Assembly: GCF_964204645.1 (NCBI RefSeq)
Contig: NC_134026.1
Location: 31,644,250 to 31,708,249, forward strand
DNA from: Tubulanus polymorphus
Taxonomy: Eukaryota > Animalia > Nemertea
Reading direction: 5' to 3'
DNA: 64,000 nt
Numbering within the stretch: the first letter of the stretch is position 1; each line of letters begins with the position of its first letter. The notes beneath the pieces are model-generated. The model saw only the letters and a list, made by a program, of their open reading frames with translations. It was not told the DNA's origin and made no database searches. Shown here piece by piece: positions 1-17,205 of the stretch. The position numbers and the translations under genes were made by a program.

Positions 1-5125
<5,125 letters not shown>

Positions 5126-5227
5126 TTAAAACTTCAGTTTCATTTTCATCACAAATATCTGAAAATAAATAAAAATTGATTTAATTCAGCTTCAACACTG
5201 TTACAAGCAACGCCAGCAGGCTCAGTG

Positions 5228-5385
5228 GCAGGATGACAGGTACCAGTAGCAGGACGATAGCTAGCAGGAACCTGATGACCGGTACCAGTAGCAGGACGAC
5301 AGCTAGCAGGAACCTGATGACACTGACAGGTACCAGTAGCAGGACGACAGCTAGCAGGAACCTGATGACAGGCTCCAGCACTAGC
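5228..5385. repeat. ~45-bp tandem repeat upstream of the SLK start codon
   Basis: Repeated ggtaccagtagcaggacgacagctagcaggaacctgatgac. Confidence 0.8.
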
Positions 5386-7080
5386 TGTGAGTCGCTGCAC
5401 TTATTACATGATGAGTATCACATCTATCAATAATGTCAGTCCATCAAACGAGTTTCCATCCACGGCCCCTTGACTTGTTAGAAACTAAGAAATCTTTAGA
5501 AATCCAATACAACTGCTATCAGGGCAATGGGCTAAAGGCAAACAGCAGCAGGGTTTGGACCCCGGAACCAGAGACACCCTGTCCAGACAGATAGACAGAA
5601 ACTTTGAGCCGAGCGAGAAGAGAATGTGTGGGTGGCATTGGTTGTGGATGCCAGGATTGGCCTGGCTGGCTGGCTGGGTGGAGGTGGGTTGGGCTCTCAA
5701 ACTACGAGATTCCTGAAGCCCAGTGAGATTGTCTCCTATATGTGAACAAACAGATAACTATAAAGAGCTGACCCGAGGTGCCTTAAACCTGATATACAAA
5801 TATTCTACCTGTAACAGAGTGAAATAGACAGCGCCTTCATCGATTAAACCAAAACAACTTGAATATCCACACTAAACTACACAGCACCATTCCGTCAGAT
5901 ACCCGGCGCCTGTAATTGCACGTTCGTTAGAGGTTTCCAGTACGGATCGTGACACACAGCATGAGACTCAGTGAAAACCTATACATGAAACAAACAGGAG
6001 ATGATCAACTCATGAGTCTCAATATTCGGGCATAAAAAGCTATACAACACAATTTCTTTTGACAAAAATATTTATTTTATTTAACTAAATTATAGGCACT
6101 TATTGTGGTATTAAAACTTCCATGTTCAAATGAAGAAATACGATCTCGGCATTTCATCTGCAAGATATTAAGAGTTTTAAACTTTATCAAGGCCTCAAAG
6201 AACTACATCAAGCGTAAGCGTAATAGTCGGATTTGAATTCGGAGTGGCCCGCCTGTTGAGCAAAAAATCCGGACACAACATCGGATACTCAGTGCCCAAC
6301 ACAGCTTTTAAAATGCTTTAAAAGTTTGATTTAGTTTCTGAATGTATTTGTAAATTATCTTTATCAATTTCAACTTCTATAGAAAATCAGCGAATTGAAA
6401 AAGTTTGATCCGGATAATTATCCGATAAATTTGACCAATCAGAGCCGAGGGATTTCCCGCTACATTGTGAATGTGGAGTCTGATATCTCCCTTCAAAAAA
6501 CATTTAAAAATGGATCCTAAATTACAAGTATTGGGAGAATAGAAGTAAACTTTAAGAGATCCTGATAGATGCAATATTGATGTAAGATTTAAACTCAAAT
6601 TATGAATCTGTTTTTTGAAATGAGCGAAATAAACTGTTTATAGTTTCGTAAGCAATAAAATTTCATTGATTTATGTGGAGATGTAGAACATAGAGAAAGG
6701 GGTCGGGTGGCCTATTCATCGCTGTATTAGTTTAAACTTGCAGCTGATGATTAAACTCGCTACTGCTGCTGCAGTTCATATTTAGAAGATTTGTTGGATT
6801 TTATTTTTTCTTCTGTCAGGGACGAAAATTATTGAGAACTATTTATGAAAATGAAATATAAACTCAAAAACTTGGCTGTACAAGTTTATAGGTTAACAGA
6901 GGTATAGAATCTGCTTGATTAGAGACAGTTGGAGGTGATGCATGAATACCTCGTGTTCATTTTCATTAGGGGGGCTGTTCAAATCAGCAAATTACCATTT
7001 TGTCTTTTTGAACTGCCCCCCACTCCTAAATTCGTATTAAATTGAGTCATTTTTTTACGTTTCAGGAACAAATAAGAAGA

Positions 7081-10000
7081 ATGTCGACGAACATAGATTT
7101 AAATGTTGTTCAAACACCTGGAGCGATACCTGAAGTTATAACGCCTCCAACTCCTCCAGATGATAATACTCAAAATCAACCTCCGGAAGACGTTCCTGAA
7201 AAGAAACTCGGTCGATCTCGTTCCGACGGTCAACTACGAGTCAACCGGTCGACGGAAAACCAGCGGGTCAGTCGATCGAGCAGTAGAGGTCATCTAAAGG
7301 TCGTCGCCGCCGCCGATAAAGGATTGTTAGATCTCGATCCTAACGATTTCACGAATAAATTAAAGGAAGTGATTAATATTTTACCGGAGGAAAATTGTGC
7401 GCGGAAACGGAAACCGTCGGTTACGAGAATAGATTCGGAAATTACCGTAAAAACACCAACAATGGAGGAAATGAAACCCAGTCGTCCTCGGCGATCATTA
7501 AACACGGAAACAATCGATAAACCCGTTATAACAACTCCGGTTATAACGTCTGATAATTCCAGCGAGGTTATCGTAGAACGACCTTCAAACGTTGTGGAGC
7601 GACCTTCGAAGTGGTTAGTGGGTGATTTAATCTGGTGTAAAGTAACGGGTCACCCCTGGTGGCCGTGTATGGTATCATTCGATCCAAACTTAGCCATCTA
7701 TACTCAATCATTTAAACAAGGTGAATATTTCATGTTGAACCTTATCTTCAGTGGTACAGTTAACCTCCAGTCCCAAGGGTCGGTTGCACAGTCACGGCTA
7801 AGACTTAAGACCAGTCTAAGCTCATTTTGGTTCTATAGCCAATCTAACAACTTAAGACCATTCTTAAGATTTAAGACCACTAAGGAGTTAAGCCTTGACC
7901 GTGCAACTGGCCCTCAAATTGTATTTCCAATTCTTTTAACTAAGTCTGAGTCATTATTTGAATAAGTCATCAAAATAATAATCATCACAACAACAACTCT
8001 TTAAGCTGTGTTTGATTTCATTCATTAATGAAATTTCAGGTAAATATCGAAAATGTCACGTGCAGTTTTTTGGAGAGAAGGCAGAAAGAGGTTGGATTCA
8101 CGAGAGTTCATCTTTAGAATTGAAAGGATCCGATCCTTTCAGCGAATTAGAGAATTCGTTGAAACAACAATCCAGACCGAAATTCACGATAGCGCCCGGT
8201 CGCAAGGTGAAATGGGATCTCGCTTACGAGGAAGTTTTAGACGCTCTACAAATGGATCGAAATCAACGCAACGAAGAATTAACTTTCGATTATCGTTCTC
8301 CCGAACCATCGGAGAGTCCCGAGGCGGTTAACACTAAAGGAGGGAACTCCCGACGTCGTAAAATGAAACGTAAAGTTAAATCACAATCCGATTTACGAGA
8401 CGTCGACGTTAGTAAGATTTCGATGAGTTTATTGTTACAGAAAAAACTGAGAACTCCGTTTGAATTTTATTGCGAAATAAATCGAACAAAGGTAAAATTG
8501 GAACACGTGGAATTCACGGAAATTATGGTGAAGGAATATTTAAAACATGAATGGACGGAACTGAGTGAGCTTCAGAAACAACAATATACAGGTAATAATA
8601 ACATACGAGTCAGGGGGTAAGTCAGGCAGGGGCCTTGACTCAGAGGTCCCGGGAGGGGGCGGGTCAGGCAGGGGCCTCAGGTCAGGCAGGGGCCTTGACT
8701 CAGAGGTCCCAGGAGGGGGCGGGTCAGGCAGGGGCCTCAGGTCAGGCAGGGGCCTTGACTCAGAGGTCCCGGGAAGGGGTGGGTCAGGCAGGGGTCTCGG
8801 GTCAGGCAGGGGCCTTGAGTCAGAGGTCCCGGGTCAGGGGGTGGGTCAGGCAGGGGTCTCGGGTCTGAGGATCAGGATCTGAGTCAGGCAGGGGTTTGAG
8901 TCTGCAGGTTGGGTCTCAAGTTCTAATCGGGGGTTTAAAATCTGAGCCCGGTTGCAGTTTTTTGTTAAGTCTAAATGTTTAAGCTGTTCAGTGACCCCCT
9001 GTATTTGAATTAAGCTGTTCAGTTAAGCGACCCCCTGTATTTGAATTAAGCTGTTCAGTTAAGCGACCCCCTGTATTCGAAACGTTAATTTTTATTTTAT
9101 CAGTTGCGAATTTCTCCGCGAAGAATTCTTCACGAACACGAAAACCGTCTGCTAAACTGATGGAAGCAATGAATTCATTAAAAAGCAGCAGTCCACGTGG
9201 AACGTCGGATCCACGTGGAAGAAGAATAACCGCGTCTCCGCAATCTATCGAAGCTGTAATTAATGAAACGGTTCAGAAATCACTAACGAGTATTTATGAT
9301 TTTCCGGATGATGATAATTTCGACGGAACCGAGAATCATTTCACTCCGAAACCGAAACCACGTCAGAAACGTAAATTAGACGAATCTGACGCTGAACAGA
9401 CGACCAGCACAGCTCCGGCTAAACGTAGGAAGAGAGATGCGCCATCTACTGGGAGTGGTCAGAAACAATCTCGTAGCGGAGATGTGAAATCTAAATCATC
9501 TACTGGGAATTTAGATGACGATCAACAAAGTACAAACAGTGTAAGTTTAAACTACTCCGGATATAAACTACTCCGGATATAAACTACTCCGGATAGTTAC
9601 ACCTTGGAGTGATCATTGAATGATTACTCTTAAGGTTTCACAGTCATGGCTTGGATTTAATTTAAAGTTAAATTAGTTTAACCAAAAATGGTCTTAACTC
9701 ATTTTTGGTCTATGACCAGGGTGAGTTTCCAGATTTAAGACCATTTTTGGACTTGAGTCAGGACTGTGCGACCAACTTGACTCTTGACTTGGACGAATCC
9801 GGAATTATTTTCTGATTTCCTCTGAAACGTAATTTGTTTGTATAATTGTAGGATTCGTTAAGTGATTCTGTAACTGCGCGAGCTTCACGTAGAATTGAAA
9901 ATATCTGTCAAATCTGTTATAAAAATGGAAAACTAACACAGTGTACAGGAGTGTGTCTGGCGTGGTTCCATTTAGACTGTCTCGGAATAACTGTTCAATC

Positions 10001-10280
10001 GGTAACACAGTTCCGATGTGATCAGTGTACATCAGGTATATCACTCCCTCCTCTCTCCCCTCCCTCCCCCTCCTCCCCTCTTCCTTCCTCTCCATCCCCT
10101 CTCCCTCCCTTTCCTCTCGCTCCCCCTGTTTGTCTCACAGTTGATACTGATACTGAATGTTTCTAATTTTAGGAGTTCATTTGTGTTTTGTCTGTCAAAA
10201 ACCGGATCAACAAACGAAGAAATGTAGCATTTCACATTGTGGGAAATTCTACCACGAGGATTGTATAAAATCAATCGCAG

Positions 10281-10317
<37 letters not shown>

Positions 10318-13300
10318 TACAACTACTAAAACAGCAGCAGCTGCATTTATCTGTCCACTTCATACATGTGATACATGTACTAAAAACAGCACTGAAAATA
10401 CTAAAAAGCACACGAGTAGAGGTAGTTATATCACGCCCCCTAGTGGTAGTTATATCACGCCCCCTTCCTGCGTGCGACATCTAAAACTATTACATGATAA
10501 TTATATCGATTGATATTCGATATTTCAGGTAAATTAATGAGATGCGTGAAATGTCCGACCGCTTATCATCAGAGCGCGTTCTGTTTATCGGCTGGGGTTG
10601 AAATATTATCCAATCAGAACATTATCTGTAACAAACATTTCCAGTTTGTGAAAGGAAATCGCCATCATTCACACATTAACATCAGTTGGTGTTTTGAGTG
10701 TTCTAAAGGTTAGTTTTAAATTCCTCTTCATACAAAGTACAGATCAACACCTCTCACAAGTCAACTGGTTTAAACAATTTCCGTGATTGTAAATGTAGTC
10801 CCAAATTTACTGTGATTCCTGTCGTAATTACAAGTAATTGTCTCGTGATTTCTCTGAGAAGAAGGTGGTCAAACTGAAACTACTGTTGTTTAAACTGAAA
10901 CTACTGTTGTTTAAACTGTAACTACTGTTGTTTAAACTGTAACTACAGGGTCCAGTTCCACAGTTCTGAATTAAGATTTGACTCTGAGTTAACTCATTGA
11001 AAATGAACTAACTTTAACTCAGAGTCAACTCTAACTCACAACTGTGGAACTGGGTCCTGTTGTTTAAACTGTAACTACTGTTGTTTAAACTGTAACTACT
11101 GTTGTTTAAACTGTAACTACAGGGTCCAGTTCCACAGTTCTGAATTAAGATTTGACTCTGAGTTAACTCATTGAAAATGAACTAACTTTAACTCAGAGTC
11201 AACTCTAACTCACAACTGTGGAACTGGGTCCTGTTGTTTAAACTGTAACTACTGTTGTTTAAACTGTAACTACTGTTGTTTAAACTGTAACTACTGTTGA
11301 TTAAACCGTTATGTTTGTTGTAGGTGGTTCATTGTTGTGTTGTGAAAGTTGCCCGGCAGCGTTTCACCCGGAATGTTTAAATATTACGTTCCCCGAAGGT
11401 CAATGGAATTGTAACGAATGTTCTCAAGGTCGAGTTCTTCTCTTCGGCGAAATAGTCTGGGTTAAACTCGGTAACTACAGGTAACTATAGAAACCGCAAC
11501 AATCGAGTTACCCGTGAGATCGCGTCGTCGAGTACGAGTGTAGAATTTTGATTGATATTTTAGATGGTGGCCCGCGGAGATTCAACATCCAAAAAATATC
11601 CCCGACAATATTCAGAATCGGTCGCATCAGGTCGGGGAATTCCCGGTGAGGTTTTTTGGGTCTCATGATTATTTTTGGACTCATAAAGGCAGGTGAGTAT
11701 CATCACTTTGTTTTCATGGTTCCCACCGAACGGGGAAATTGGGAAAAACTTGGGAATTTCTAAATAATAATTCCCAGTTCGGAAATATTTGGTAAATTGA
11801 TTTACATTTTACGTAATTTGCCAAGGGGAACTTTCTTCAGCGATTTCCCTTGAAAATCACCTTTATGAACCTGGCACCGCTTAAATGTCGACTTTAGCAT
11901 GACAGTATCTGTTCATTTCCATTTGGGAAAAATCACCCATGAAATATTTGGGAATTTTTAATTCATGTAACTGTGGGATCCATGTGTTTTTCATGACACA
12001 AAATGATATAATCGTAAAAATGATGAATTTTAATTTGTTTGTTTGTTAGAGTTTTTCCGTTTCAAGAAGGAGACAAAGGAAGTAGAGAATCAGCGAGTTC
12101 TAAAGGTTTAGCGAAGATGTTTAAATTAGGTAACAGATTCTCGATTCATTGATTCCGATTCTTTCCGTCGGTTATCGCTTATACATCGTTACGATGATGG
12201 TTTATTGTTGTAGCCGTTACCGAGGCGACCGAAGCTTTCAACGAATGGACGCAAAATAAAAATCAGAAAGAAAAACAAGAGCAAGAAAAACATGAGAAAA
12301 AACCACCGCATTTCAAACATATTAAGGTAAAAATATCATTGGTTTTATTTGCAGTAGAAAGAACCTCATTGTAACAAACTTCAGGAGACCAGAAAAAATC
12401 AGGTTTCTCGTTAAGCTGGAATTGTTAAGTGTATGACATTGTGGCTGCTGAGGCTTTCGATCCCCTTGAAAATACAGAATCTTTAAGCTCCATTCTAGTT
12501 GGGGGCAGAAGATATTTTGTAACGGGAGGTTGATTTTCAGTGGGGTGGATGTAAAAATAAACATGACTCTAAAAAATTGTACCAATAGTTTGTTATATCC
12601 CAGTATATTCATGAAATTTGTCTTATACATTGATAATTTATGTATATTTCTAGACGAACATACCTTATGGTAACGTAGCTCAATTGAAAGCTGATTTATC
12701 TCAAGTATCTCGCTGTGAATGTAAACCTGATCAGGAAAATCCTTGTGGATCTCATTTGGATTGTTTAAATCGAATGTTAATGTATGAATGTCACTCGTCC
12801 GTCTGCCCGGCTCAAGATAAATGTCTCAATTTACGTTTTCAAAAGCGTCAATACGCAGATTTAGCTGTATTTAGAACTAAAAGGAGTGGTTGGGGTCTCA
12901 AGTGCAATGTCGAACTCAAAAAGGTATTTATTTGATCGATTTGAAGCAGTTTCTATTGTGTTAGTGGATGTAGAATTATCTATGAACGTTGATTGATTTA
13001 TAGAGAGATTTTGTGATTGAATACGTCGGAGAATTAATTGATGATGAAGAATGTAAGAAAAGAATTGAACACGCCCACGAAGAAAATGTATCTAATTTCT
13101 ACATGTTAACAATCGATAAGAACAGGTACGTTGAAATCAGTTCCACGGTCGCTGTTCCACAGTCACTGTTCCATGTTCCACAGTCGCTGTTCCCTGTTCC
13201 ACAGTCACTGTTCTGCAGTCACTGTTAGTGTTCCCTGTTCCACAGTCACTGTTCTCTGTTCCACAGTGGCTGTTCCACAGTCACTGTTAGTGTTCCCTGT

Positions 13301-14576
13301 TCCACAGTCACTAGACCCTCATTGGAATTGGATCGTCAGTTCTCGATAAACTCTTATTTACTGTAGTCTGTGTGATGATTTGTTGTAGAGTTATTGATGC
13401 CGGACCGAAAGGAAATTTATCAAGGTTTATGAATCATAGCTGTCAACCTAATTGTGAAACACAAAAATGGATGGTCAATGGTGATATAAGAGTGGGATTA
13501 TTTGCTAGTCAAACTATACCTGCAGGTTTGTATTACACAATATACTTGAAAGGAAACTCAGTTCAACAGAGTTTAATGAAAATTGTTTTATTTGTATTTG
13601 AAGGAAGTGAATTAACGTTTAATTACAATTTGGAATGTTTGGGTAATGATAAAACAGTTTGTCAATGCGGTACAGCGAACTGTAGCGGTTTCATCGGAAT
13701 CAGACCAAAGGTAAAATAACTATATCTCATTACAATTAACAGACACCAATAGTAATTACCAATAATTGACTGTTTGTATTACACACTGTTTGTTTGTATT
13801 ACCCACTGTCTGTTTGTATTACGCACTCTTTTCAGACGGCGAAAGAGAACAAAACTTCAAAAACTGATTTGAAAAAGAAGAAAAAGAAGAAGAAACAAAA
13901 CGCGTTTAAACACGACGACGACTGTTATCGCTGCGGCAATGGAGGAAAACTCATACTCTGTTCCAAACATCAGTGTCCACGCGCTTATCATCTAGAATGT
14001 CTGAACGCTGATAAACCTCCCTATGGTAAGTATCTATTTATTATTAATGATTATATGTATTATATAGCACCACATCAGCGCCCTCTATTGTGTATTATAG
14101 GTAAATGGTATTGTCCGTGGCATCAGTGCGATGTGTGTGGTAAGAATTCATCGGTTTTATGTCAGGAATGTCCAAACTCATTCTGCGGCAAACATTCACA
14201 GTTTATTCACACGAACCCTGACGGAAAAATGTTGTGTGAGGACCATGAGGAAAAACGGGATGAGGGTTGCGAGGAGCAGTCGGATGAGGGTCGCGAGGAG
14301 CAGCCGGATGAGGATCGCGAGGAGCAGCTGGATGAGGATCGCAAGGAGCAGCCGGATGAGGATCGCGAGGAGCAGCCGGATGAGGATCGCAAGGAGCAGC
14401 CGGTTGTCAATAGCGATGGTATTGTTACCGAATCAAAACGGTCATTTTTGCTTGAAACCAATGACCAATCAAATTGTGGGTCGTCGCCACGGCAACCCGA
14501 TAATGAAACTGATAATCCGATTGGCGATGACATCGCCATGGAGACCGATACCTTATACCCCGCCTGTTGGCGGTAA
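7081..14576 (+). CDS. NSD: NSD-family H3K36 histone-lysine N-methyltransferase (PWWP, HMG-like, PHD fingers, PWWP, AWS, SET, post-SET, PHD-C5HCH)
   Basis: [18 protein letters not shown] (PWWP1), several PHD fingers, [16 protein letters not shown] (PWWP2), [10 protein letters not shown] (AWS), GWGL...IEYVGELID...[26 protein letters not shown]...[12 protein letters not shown] (SET/post-SET), HDDDCYRCG...[10 protein letters not shown]. About 18 exons; AATAAA near 14905. Confidence 0.96.
7777..7915. mobile_element. MITE related to 2851-2978
   Basis: gggtcggttgcacagtc ... gaccgtgcaactggccc inverted ends with cttaag-rich interior. Confidence 0.65.
8612..8870. repeat. G-rich 60-bp intronic tandem repeat
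   Basis: Repeated gtcaggcaggggccttgactcagaggtcccgggagggggcgg. Confidence 0.85.
10870..11305. mobile_element. Two identical palindromic MITE copies (10946-11059, 11120-11233) embedded in a 21-bp minisatellite
   Basis: cagggtccagttccacagtt...aactgtggaactgggtcctg repeated with a 174-bp period inside (gtttaaactgtaactactgtt)n. Confidence 0.8.
11715..11985. mobile_element. Probable MITE in an NSD intron
   Basis: catggttcccac ... gtgggatccatg inverted ends with internal gggaaa/ttccc motifs. Confidence 0.5.
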
Positions 14577-14974
14577 TATGAACTATTTTCTTATATGATA
14601 TAGGTGTAATTATGAATTAATCGTAACTTTATTTAATGAAAAAAAAAGATTTTAATTGATTCTTTAATTTAAGACTAAATTTCGATGTAATTATTTTGTA
14701 AAAGTTTGTCACTGATTTTTTAATTGAATATTTTGATAAATGTTGGGACAACAGAACTTTTAAAATGGAAGGAAATTTTAGAAACTCTGTTTAACAGTAC
14801 GTGTGACCTCTTGTAATTTAATACAATAGTAATTGTTTATATGGAACAATAAACCATTGTTTTGTAAATTTAAATATTGAATGAATTTGATATTTTAACC
14901 TATTAATAAATTCTACGACTTTCCAAAATAACTTCCACCATTGAGTTGAGTTTATTGATTCTCATTGGAAAGGA

Positions 14975-16990
14975 CAGTGGTGTCCTGGGTTCGAACTCAG
15001 TAATTACTGACACTGATTCAGAGTGGTCCTGATGCCGAATAGAGGATGTACAGGGGTGTCCTGGGTTCGAACCCAGTAATTACTGACACTGATTCAGAGT
15101 GGTCCTGATGCCGAATAGAGGATGTACAGGGGTGTCCCGGGTTCGAACCCAGTAATTACTGAAACTGATCCAGAGTGGTCCTGATGCTGAATAGAGGATG
15201 TACAGGGGTGTCCCGGGTTCGAACCCAGTAATTACTGAAACTGATCCAGAGTGGTCCTGATGCTGAATAGAGGATGTACAGGGGTGTCCCGGGTTCGAAC
15301 CCAGTAATTACTGAAACTGATCCAGAGTGGTCCTGATGCCGAATAGAGGATGTACAGGGGTGTCCCGGGTACGAACTCAGTAATTACTGATACTGATTCA
15401 GAGTAGTCCTGATGATGGAATATCAAGATTCTAACGTGATCGCCATCTATTGGAATTTGGCAGAACTGACTACATAGCTCTTTCTTGTCTTACTGATTCT
15501 TCTTCATTGCGTTGAAATCACACTCGCCATCTGGTGGATATAACCATCATTATACTGTAGTAGCATATAAATCCACCAGATGGCGAGTGTGATTTCAACC
15601 CACTGAAGAAGACTCAGTAAGACAAATAAGAGCTATCTAGGGAGTTCAGCCAAAATTCAATAGATGGCGATAACAGCATCATTACTAAACTGAAGTGGAT
15701 GCTCGGGTTCGAAACCGGTAATTACTGACACTGATTCAGAATGGTCCTGATGCTGAATAGAGGATGTACAGGGGTGTGTCCCGGGTTCGAACCCAGTTAT
15801 TACTTACACTGATTCAGAGTAGTCCTGATGCTGAATAGAGGATGTACAGGGGTGTCCCGGGTCAAACCCAGTAATTACTGATACTGGTTCAGAATGGTCC
15901 TGATGCTGAATAGAGGATGTACAGGGGTGTGTCCCGGGTTCGAACCCAGTTATTACTTACACTGATCCAGAGTGGTCCTGATGCTGAATAGAGGATGTAC
16001 AGGGGTGTCCCGGGTTCGAACTCAGTTATTACTGACACTGATTCTGCAGAGTGGTCCTGATGCTGAATAGAGGATGTACAGGGGTGTGTCCCGGGTTCGA
16101 ACTCAGTTATTACTGACACTGATTCTGCAGAGTAGTCCTGATGCTGAATGGAGGATGTACAGGGGTGTGTCCCGGGTTCGAACTCAGTTATTACTGACAC
16201 TGATTCTGCAGAGTGGTCCTGATGCTGAATGGAGGATGTACAGGGGTGTCCCGGGTTCGAACTCAGTTATTACTGACACTGATTCTGCAGAGTGGTCCTG
16301 ATGCTGAATAGAGGATGTACAGGGGTGTGTCCCGGGTTCGAACTCAGTTATTACTGACACTGATTCTGCAGAGTGGTCCTGATGCTGAATAGAGGATGTA
16401 CAGGGGTGTGTCCCGGGTTCGAACTCAGTTATTACTGACACTGATTCTGCAGAGTGGTCCTGATGCTGAATGGAGGATGTACAGGGGTGTGTCCCGGGTT
16501 CGAACTCAGTTATTACTGACACTGATTCTGCAGAGTGGTCCTGATGCTGAATGGAGGATGTACAGGGGTGTGTCCCGGGTTCGAACTCAGTTATTACTGA
16601 CACTGATTCTGCAGAGTGGTCCTGATGCTGAATGGAGGATGTACAGGGGTGTGTCCCGGGTTCGAACTCAGTTAATCCTTACACTGATTCTGCAGAGTGG
16701 TCCTGATGCTGAATAGAGGATGTACAGGGGTGTCCCGGGTTCGAACTCAGTTATTACTGACACTGATTCTGCAGAGTGGTCCTGATGCTGAATGGAGGAT
16801 GTACAGGGGTGTGTCCCGGGTTCGAACTCAGTTATTACTGACACTGATTCTGCAGAGTGGTCCTGATGCTGAATAGAGGATGTACAGGGGTGTGTCCCGG
16901 GTTCGAACTCAGTTATTACTGACACTGATTCTGCAGAGTGGTCCTGATGCTGAATGGAGGATGTACAGGGGTGTCCCGGGTTCGAACCTA
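14975..16990 (+). repeat. tRNA-like tandem satellite, 76-81-bp unit, about 22 copies
   Basis: Unit (ctg)cagagtggtcctgatgctgaatagaggatgtacaggggtgtcccGGGTTCGAACCCagtaattactgacactgatt, with box A-like and box B motifs at tRNA spacing. Confidence 0.8.
15439..15671. mobile_element. Foldback (palindromic) insertion inside the tRNA-like array
   Basis: ~100-bp imperfect arms: atcgccatctattg...gttgaaatcacactcgccatctggtggat / atccaccagatggcgagtgtgatttcaac...caatagatggcgat. Confidence 0.8.
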
Positions 16991-17205
16991 AACTATAATT
17001 CTGACAACTCAAATGTTTCTGAGGAATCTCACGATTCAGACAAACTCTGAACAAGAATCAAAATACTATAGAAAACTATTTATTATTTCTTTGATAAAAC
17101 AGAAAAAAATATCACAACATTTTAAAATATATTTCATGCATCATTTCTGCGTTGTCAGATCAGTTTTAGAGATGTAACTGGTATCACCGGGATGATGCTG
17201 ATGGA

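Noticed and set aside
14975-16990. CRISPR array or functional tRNA gene cluster
   Set aside because: No unique spacers and the context is eukaryotic; units lack proper acceptor and anticodon stems.
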